Assembly (NCBI GenBank): GCA_965215505.1
Contig: OZ244065.1
Coordinates: forward strand, 1,248,001-1,312,000
Source: Capsulimonadaceae bacterium
Lineage (GTDB): Bacteria; Armatimonadota; Armatimonadia; Armatimonadales; Capsulimonadaceae
Direction of reading: 5' to 3'
DNA length: 64,000 bases
A program made the translations under genes and the position numbers. Within the stretch, counting starts at the first letter, position 1; the number at the start of each line of letters is the position of its first letter. The notes beneath the pieces were generated by a model that was not told the origin of the DNA, did no database searches, and saw only the letters and a program-made list of their open reading frames with translations. Positions 56,576 through 64,000 of the stretch are shown piece after piece.

Positions 56576-57985
56576 ATGCCAACATTGAAGGAAAATCGCA
56601 CCGTGGCCGCGCCTTCCCTCTCCCCAATCCGTGTCGGCCCGAGCGGCCGGTATTTCGAGACATTCGGCGGCGACCCGTTCCTGTTCCTCGGCCCGAACGA
56701 CGCGATCTCCTGGCCGGGCCTCGCCGGGCTGTACCGCCGCCGGGACCCGGCCGCCGTGGACGCCTACCTGCAAACTCTGGCCCAAAGCGGCGTCACGGTC
56801 CTGCGCCTGATGCTGGAATACGCGCACCGCGACGGGTGGTACTTTGAGCGGCCCTTCGGCACGTTCAACCCCACCTTGGTCCGGCTCTGGGACAGCCTGT
56901 TCGCGGCCTGCGCGCGCCACGGCCTGCGCGTCCTGCTGACGCCCTGGGACAGTTTTTGGATGTCCAGGCGCTGGCGCAAGCACCCCTACAACGTCCTGAA
57001 CGGCGGTCCGGCCCATTCGCAGGCTGACTTCTTCACCCAGGAACGCGTCATCGAGGCCGCCCTGAACCGGATGCGTTTCGTCATCGAGAGGTGGGGCGGC
57101 GACGGGACGCTGGCCGCGTGGGACCTGTTCAACGAGATTCATCCCCATTGGGGCGGGACGCCCGCCCAGCAGTCCGCCGTCATTACGCGGCTCTCGGACG
57201 GGGTACGGGAGATCGAGCAGAAGACGTGGGGCTTCTCGCGCCCGCAGACCGTCTCCATCTTCGGGCCGGAGCCTTCGGAGGAGTACGAGGCATTGATCCT
57301 GCGTCACCCCTCCCTTGATTTCGCCACAACTCACATCTACCAGGGCGCGATAGACTACCCGCGCGACACGACCGAACCCGCCCTGACGATGGCGGGCTGG
57401 GTGCGTCACGGGCTAGACCGCGTTGCGCCCGGACGCCCCTTCACCGACACGGAACACGGCCCGATTCACCTGTTTAACGACCACAGGAAGATGCTGCCGG
57501 AGCCGTTTGACGACGAGTACGAGCGGCACCTGATGTGGGCGCACCTAGCCAGCGGGGGCGCGGGCGGCGGGATGCGCTGGCCGGCCCGCCACCCGCACCT
57601 GCTGACGTCCGGGATGCTGGGGGCTTTGTCCAGCCTGTCGGGCTTCGCGCGGCTGGTTGACTGGCAAAAGTTCGCGCCGCGCGATGCCGTGGCAGACATA
57701 GCGGTCGAGGCAAGCGGCGTGTGCGTCTTCGGCTGCCGCGACGACCATCAGGCCGTCGTCTGGCTGCTGCACGACACGCGCCTCGGCGGGGGTTCATCGG
57801 AAGGCTTCGGGGAGGTCACGCTGCGCGGCCTTGCGCCGGGGCCTTACGAGGTGACGCCGTGGCGAACGGCGGTTGGGGCTGCCGAGGCAGGTCAGACCGT
57901 TCCGGTCGGCCACGACGGAGAACTGCGGCTGCGGCTGCCTGACGGGGCACCAGACATGGCCCTCGCGGTCCGCCGCGAACGATAA
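56576..57985 (+). CDS. Clan GH-A (GH5-like) glycoside hydrolase
   Basis: AWDLFNE acid/base motif, HIY, DTEHG nucleophile region. Confidence 0.75.
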   Translation: MPTLKENRTVAAPSLSPIRVGPSGRYFETFGGDPFLFLGPNDAISWPGLAGLYRRRDPAAVDAYLQTLAQSGVTVLRLMLEYAHRDGWYFERPFGTFNPTLVRLWDSLFAACARHGLRVLLTPWDSFWMSRRWRKHPYNVLNGGPAHSQADFFTQERVIEAALNRMRFVIERWGGDGTLAAWDLFNEIHPHWGGTPAQQSAVITRLSDGVREIEQKTWGFSRPQTVSIFGPEPSEEYEALILRHPSLDFATTHIYQGAIDYPRDTTEPALTMAGWVRHGLDRVAPGRPFTDTEHGPIHLFNDHRKMLPEPFDDEYERHLMWAHLASGGAGGGMRWPARHPHLLTSGMLGALSSLSGFARLVDWQKFAPRDAVADIAVEASGVCVFGCRDDHQAVVWLLHDTRLGGGSSEGFGEVTLRGLAPGPYEVTPWRTAVGAAEAGQTVPVGHDGELRLRLPDGAPDMALAVRRER

Positions 57986-58015
57986 AAGGGGCGCGGCGTA
58001 AGCCGCGCCCCTCTT
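57984..58015. terminator. Bidirectional terminator
   Basis: aaaaggggcgcggc-gtaa-gccgcgcccctctt. Confidence 0.8.
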
Positions 58016-58037
58016 CTGTGTCTACCGCCCTGAGGGT

Positions 58038-59660
<1,623 letters not shown>

Positions 59661-59699
59661 TTAAATCTCCTTAAAAACGTTAAAAGTCAGGCGCAGAGG

Positions 59700-59993
59700 T
59701 TAGGCGCGGACGGCGTAGATCTGGTCTTCGTCCAGGATCATGTATTCCTGGCCTTCCAGCTTCAGCTCGGTGCCGCCGTACTTGGAATAGATGACCTTGT
59801 CGCCCACGGACACGGTCAGGGTCGAGCGGGAGCCGTCATCGAGGACGCGGCCCGGCCCGACGGCGATAACCTCGCCCTCCTGGGGCTTCTGCTGGGCCGA
59901 ATCGGGGATGTAGATGCCGCCGCTGGTCTTGGCCTCGGCCTCGCTGGGCTTGACCAGCACTTTGTCCGACAGGGGCCGGAAGTTGACTGCCAT
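59700..59993 (-). CDS. groS: Co-chaperonin GroES
   Basis: FRPLSDKVLV, TSGGIYIPD, VAVGPG-like motif, YSKYGGTE. RBS GAGGAGG. Confidence 0.97.
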   Translation of the reverse strand: MAVNFRPLSDKVLVKPSEAEAKTSGGIYIPDSAQQKPQEGEVIAVGPGRVLDDGSRSTLTVSVGDKVIYSKYGGTELKLEGQEYMILDEDQIYAVRA

Positions 59994-60043
59994 GTGAAAT
60001 TGCCTCCTCGTCACATTTCTTAGGATTCGCGATGAAACTGTTT

Positions 60044-60070
60044 TTAGCACTCGCAGGTGTTGAGTGCTAA
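60044..60070. promoter_or_regulatory. CIRCE element (HrcA operator)
   Basis: Perfect TTAGCACTC-N9-GAGTGCTAA. Confidence 0.97.
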
Positions 60071-60080
60071 AACCGTTCCT

Positions 60081-60109
60081 ATTCTACTCGTTCCCAGCGG
60101 AATTGTCAA
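60081..60109 (-). promoter_or_regulatory. Sigma70 promoter of groESL
   Basis: TTGACA-17 bp-TAGAAT on the minus strand, just upstream of CIRCE. Confidence 0.88.
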
Positions 60110-60165
60110 GGACTTGGGGAATGAACTAATCCTAATCCAACCGATTGAGCTTTCAGGGGACGCCC

Positions 60166-60194
60166 TTGAATTATGCTCTGTTCTCTGATAGAAT
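60166..60194 (+). promoter_or_regulatory. Sigma70 promoter of the sacsin-like gene
   Basis: TTGAAT-17 bp-TAGAAT with extended TG. RBS AGAAAGGGA at 60201-60209. Confidence 0.65.
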
Positions 60195-60217
60195 ACGGTC
60201 AGAAAGGGATTGAACGA

Positions 60218-63200
60218 ATGACTACGGAAAATGAATTGACGGCGGCACAGTGGGTTGACTGGATTGCGGGGCAGGTTGCTGTCCGCGAGAAGGTTTACTG
60301 TACAGACCCGGATGAGCTTGTTTCCGCGTACAACCGCGAAGTAAGCTATGCCCGTGACTATCACGGGCGTGAGTTATTGGAGTTATTGCAGAACGCGGAT
60401 GATGCCGGTGTGGATTATGAACACTCCAACAAGGTCGCCATTGTTTTAACACCAGAAGGGCTATGTGTAGCGAACACCGGCAGGCCATTTTCAGAGAGTG
60501 GGGTCAAGTCGCTGATGGTCAGCGACAATAGCCCCAAGAAGAGTGACCGTGCTCAATACATCGGCAATAAAGGATTAGGATTTCGCTCCGTCCTTAGCTG
60601 GACGAATACCCCCTTTATTCTTAGTGGCAACCTCGCCATTGGCTTCGACAGTGACAAAGCACAGGCATGGCTGGAATCTCTCTGTCGTGAAGACGCTCAA
60701 CTGCGGCAACGGGTGGTTAGCCAGATGGAGAGTACCGGGGCAAAGCATCTTGTCCCAATACTAGCATTACCGTTAGTGCTGAACCCAGCAGGAACAGATG
60801 AGTGGATGGGAGCACCATCCTCTGCTTCTGTTTGGCAGGAAGCGCGACAGCTACAAAGAGGCGGCTACGATACGGTTATTGCTGTCCCTTTTACATCACC
60901 CGACGCTTATGAGCAGGCTAAGGAGCAACTAAAAGAAATCGGGCATGAATTTTTACTGTTCACAAAGCACTTGGCTTTCCTCTCCGTCCGCCAACCCGAC
61001 CTGGAAAATACTTGGTGGATAGATCGTGACGACGATATAGTAGGCATCAAATCCCAAGACGAGGATACGCAGGCGTGGCAGGTATTCGAGAAGATAGGTG
61101 ACATCCCGAGCCATCTTTTGAGCGATGACTTGAAAAAAACGCCTAGCTACGAGATAAAAGTGGCAGTGTCGATGGACGACGTTGCAACACCTGGGTTTAT
61201 CTTCAACTACTTCAAAACCCAAGCTCGCTTCCCCTACCCTGTTGTTGCCCACGTCACCTTCGAATTAAGCAGCAACAGGCAGAATATTCCTCTCACACCT
61301 GCCAATCAATACCTAGTGAAAGAACTGGCTGGACTTATGGCAGAGGTCGCTGAAGTGTCTCTCGACTCACACGACCCTTGGCGTTCACTCTCATTCATCA
61401 GCACCGATGCCAGCTTAGACCCTATGCTAGAACACATGGGTTTGTTTGAAGCACTCTGTACCGCCGCTCAAGAACATAAGGTTATTCCAGTACGAAGCGG
61501 CGAGATAGTCAAGCCTTGCGACGCCAAGAATCTCAAAAACTCGGCAGGTTCTTGGTTGCCACCTGCTCAGTTCGGCGACGTAGTTCAATATACCGCTCAT
61601 AAAACACACCAGAATATGCTTCGCTCGTTGAAGGTGCAGACGTTGACTGAAGATGAAATGCGCTCGCGTCTCAATCAAGCCTCAGCGGGTTTGTCAATCG
61701 TGGAGCGTGCGGCCCTCATCACAGGACTATGTCAGTCTCACCTCATGCCGTCTAATCCTGCCCCATCCTTGCTGGTTGATCAGGATGAGCGTCTTATTTC
61801 CCCGCAGCGTCGGGTTTTTCTACCGCCAGGTGAGGCAGAAATTTTCGCTTTACCTAAGTGGCTAGACCTGCGGATGCTGCATAGTCACCTCAGCACGGAA
61901 CTTAAGCAGAGGCTTAAAGTAGGTGCGCGCGATTTGACAGCCGCACTCAATGTTTACACTTTAACTGAATTCTCTTTGACAAATATTTCCAACGCTCTGA
62001 TTGCCGAGACAAATGCGCGTGTAAAAAAAGAGCCGGAGCAAGAACGGAGCTATCGGATTGAAGCCCTGGAGGCAATATATGGATTCTACCGCCAAAGCGC
62101 AGCAGACAGCGGCAGATCCTCTGTCACTACTGTACAAGTACCAACTGCCTCTGGTGGATTCGCCTCAGCAAGCACATTATATTTCAGCAACGAGTTCATC
62201 TACGGCAGATTGAGTGATCTCCTTTACAGGTCGGTCAGTCCTCATCTCGTGATTGCTCCTCTGTCACACATGAACTTGGAAAATGAGGAGAAAGCTACTA
62301 TTGGAGAGTATTTGAAGTGGCTAGGCGTTGCCGACAAACCGCGCCGCGTCACAAAATCTTCATCATACAGTGTAATCCAATCGCAGCGCCTCCCAACTGA
62401 TTACATGAATCATGTCAGACAGTGCCTGGAGTATCCTGCTAAGACCACTCACGCTGACCTAGAGATAACATCTTCGTCTGACTTGCTCCATGCACATTTC
62501 AACGGCTTCACGTCCATAGAACACTTGGAGGAGCTGATTGTTCGGGCTGATCCGCGCGCATTGCTGGCCTGGATAGCCTTGGACGAGCGCATTGAGGGGT
62601 GGCGGCGCGAAGGCGAGACTACGGCAGAAATTAGCGTCACCCCTCCGAGAAAACAACATCCACGGGTAATCAGAGGCCAGTTCATCCCTTCTTACATTCT
62701 TTGGCTACTTGGGAACAAAGAATGGCTTCCTTCCTCTGCCGAAAGGAAGCAAGCGCCCACCCGATGCATCTTGGCGTCCTCGGTTGCTGATGAATTAAAG
62801 TTTATCTTCCCGCGCCCCGCCTTAACGCAAGTGGAACCACTTTTCCAAGAGATGGGCATTGATCATCTCAGCCTTCAAGGTGCTCTTCAAAGAATAGGAG
62901 TTCGGCAGTCGTTAGAAGAACTTACTCAGGATGAGATTTATCAACTTCTATTAGATTTACCTTCGCTCGACCCGACTGGTCAATGCGCTAAGTCACTCCA
63001 AAGAGCGCTTGTTCTTCGTCCCGAGGACATACCCAAGGCAGAGAATCTTGTGAAAGCAAAATTCCTGAAAACAGGAAAGCTATGGGGGGTTTTGGGCAAC
63101 AACGCAGATTATTATTCCGTTACCGAGCTTTACTACATCGGTACGAATGTTGTCCCGCAGGTAGTTGTACGCTCAGTTCCCCACCTGGAATTGGATAAGA

Positions 63201-64000
63201 AACAAGGGGCACAGAAAGTCCAACGCATCTTCGGCGTCCGCCCTTTAGATGAGCGTCAGTGGCAGGTAGAAGTCAAGGCACACACATTAAGCCCTGCACA
63301 CGATCAATTTCTGCATGATGTAGACTCGCTAAAGCCTTTCATTTACGCCCTACGCCTGCATGCCACACGCCTGCGTTCAGATGCGAGCGCCGTTGGCTTA
63401 CAGAAGCTAAAGAGTTTAGAGGTTCATCTATGTTGCCATCTAGAAGGTACTGCAACCGTAGGTGAAAAAATTCAGACGTTCAATTTAGCGGAAAAGGGTG
63501 AAGTTATTCTCAATGATAGCTCTGCCTTTTTGTTCACAGGTGTTTCTCCGCATGAGAACCCGTTACAAGATGTCGTTCTTGTAGATGCTGTGGCAGAAGT
63601 CTTCGCCGAAGTTCTAGGCGTTGAACAAGGGAGTGATTTTGCTCGGCTGATTTCTGTTGATGCTTCACAGCGAATGGTTCTTCTAGTACGGATTTTAGGC
63701 ACAACCCACGCCGAAGCCGAAAGCCTGCTTCAACAGGCGCAGGTGAAGCTAGAAAGCAAAATGGTGGAAGCCCCTACCACTCGCCCTTATGCAGCCTGGG
63801 TTCCAGTACCCGCACACGCTACAACATTCACGCCGAACAGTAGCAACCTTATTCCCGCCTTTGGAGCTTCCCCTGCTCACCCATTAGCTCCGCAACACCA
63901 CATAGAGCTAACCGGCTCTATCCGGGCCGTGGCGGTGGAGCAACAAGATCATCTGCCAGCCCCACCCGCGCGAAGAATTCAGCTACGGGTCCAAGCCACT
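60218..64000 (+). CDS. Large sacsin/NO VEIN-like GHKL ATPase protein, 3'-truncated by the window edge
   Basis: Hand translation: MTTENELT...DYHGRELLELLQNADDA...VANTGRPFS...IGNKGLGFRSV. Its absence from the ORF track is consistent with no in-frame stop before 64000. Confidence 0.85.
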   Translation, partial: MTTENELTAAQWVDWIAGQVAVREKVYCTDPDELVSAYNREVSYARDYHGRELLELLQNADDAGVDYEHSNKVAIVLTPEGLCVANTGRPFSESGVKSLMVSDNSPKKSDRAQYIGNKGLGFRSVLSWTNTPFILSGNLAIGFDSDKAQAWLESLCREDAQLRQRVVSQMESTGAKHLVPILALPLVLNPAGTDEWMGAPSSASVWQEARQLQRGGYDTVIAVPFTSPDAYEQAKEQLKEIGHEFLLFTKHLAFLSVRQPDLENTWWIDRDDDIVGIKSQDEDTQAWQVFEKIGDIPSHLLSDDLKKTPSYEIKVAVSMDDVATPGFIFNYFKTQARFPYPVVAHVTFELSSNRQNIPLTPANQYLVKELAGLMAEVAEVSLDSHDPWRSLSFISTDASLDPMLEHMGLFEALCTAAQEHKVIPVRSGEIVKPCDAKNLKNSAGSWLPPAQFGDVVQYTAHKTHQNMLRSLKVQTLTEDEMRSRLNQASAGLSIVERAALITGLCQSHLMPSNPAPSLLVDQDERLISPQRRVFLPPGEAEIFALPKWLDLRMLHSHLSTELKQRLKVGARDLTAALNVYTLTEFSLTNISNALIAETNARVKKEPEQERSYRIEALEAIYGFYRQSAADSGRSSVTTVQVPTASGGFASASTLYFSNEFIYGRLSDLLYRSVSPHLVIAPLSHMNLENEEKATIGEYLKWLGVADKPRRVTKSSSYSVIQSQRLPTDYMNHVRQCLEYPAKTTHADLEITSSSDLLHAHFNGFTSIEHLEELIVRADPRALLAWIALDERIEGWRREGETTAEISVTPPRKQHPRVIRGQFIPSYILWLLGNKEWLPSSAERKQAPTRCILASSVADELKFIFPRPALTQVEPLFQEMGIDHLSLQGALQRIGVRQSLEELTQDEIYQLLLDLPSLDPTGQCAKSLQRALVLRPEDIPKAENLVKAKFLKTGKLWGVLGNNADYYSVTELYYIGTNVVPQVVVRSVPHLELDKKQGAQKVQRIFGVRPLDERQWQVEVKAHTLSPAHDQFLHDVDSLKPFIYALRLHATRLRSDASAVGLQKLKSLEVHLCCHLEGTATVGEKIQTFNLAEKGEVILNDSSAFLFTGVSPHENPLQDVVLVDAVAEVFAEVLGVEQGSDFARLISVDASQRMVLLVRILGTTHAEAESLLQQAQVKLESKMVEAPTTRPYAAWVPVPAHATTFTPNSSNLIPAFGASPAHPLAPQHHIELTGSIRAVAVEQQDHLPAPPARRIQLRVQAT

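Noticed and set aside
60044-60220. HrcA/CIRCE control of the sacsin-like (Hsp90-fold) gene as a chaperone partnership
   Set aside because: CIRCE lies downstream of the groESL promoter and about 100 bp from the divergent promoter. The GC shift suggests incidental insertion.
60222-63702. Short track ORFs in the low-GC tail
   Set aside because: They are antisense or out-of-frame fragments overlapping the single long sacsin-like frame.

Overview
High-GC bacterial chromosome segment. DUF1559-type prepilins beginning [33 protein letters not shown], a VPE-type PEP-CTERM protein and TolC suggest an Armatimonadota (Capsulimonas-like) host; this is inference. From left to right: (1) 1-9.2 kb, a repeated module of prepilin-like DUF1559, membrane-anchored TPR and Tat-exported CRTAC1/ASPIC-UnbV proteins, with a nested REP-like palindrome. 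(2) 9-15 kb, TPR, alpha/beta hydrolase, alr, a phosphodiester glycosidase and a ThiE-like gene. (3) 15-22 kb, an AfsR/SARP-like BTAD-NTPase-TPR regulator divergent from two near-identical direct-repeat promoters, which precede a small repeat-containing protein and an RCC1/Ig surface protein plus PEP-CTERM protein. (4) 22-39 kb, PilB/GspE, ftsH, DUF192, Smr-CPXCG, TolC, an orphan antitoxin, an ATPase-DUF234 gene and scattered MacAB-type efflux genes, including a permease-adaptor fusion. (5) 39-46 kb, a lysozyme-like protein, an HTH-LAGLIDADG-like gene in front of tRNA-Gly/tRNA-Arg, and a DUF1559-lipoprotein-YncE-phosphatase operon with a Pho-box-like array. (6) 46-58 kb, GT9 and a CgeB-type glycosylation cluster. 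(7) groESL with a perfect CIRCE, then a lower-GC sacsin-like GHKL ATPase ORF of more than 1260 aa that is absent from the ORF track and runs off the window. All product calls come from motif recognition by eye; no database searches were run.
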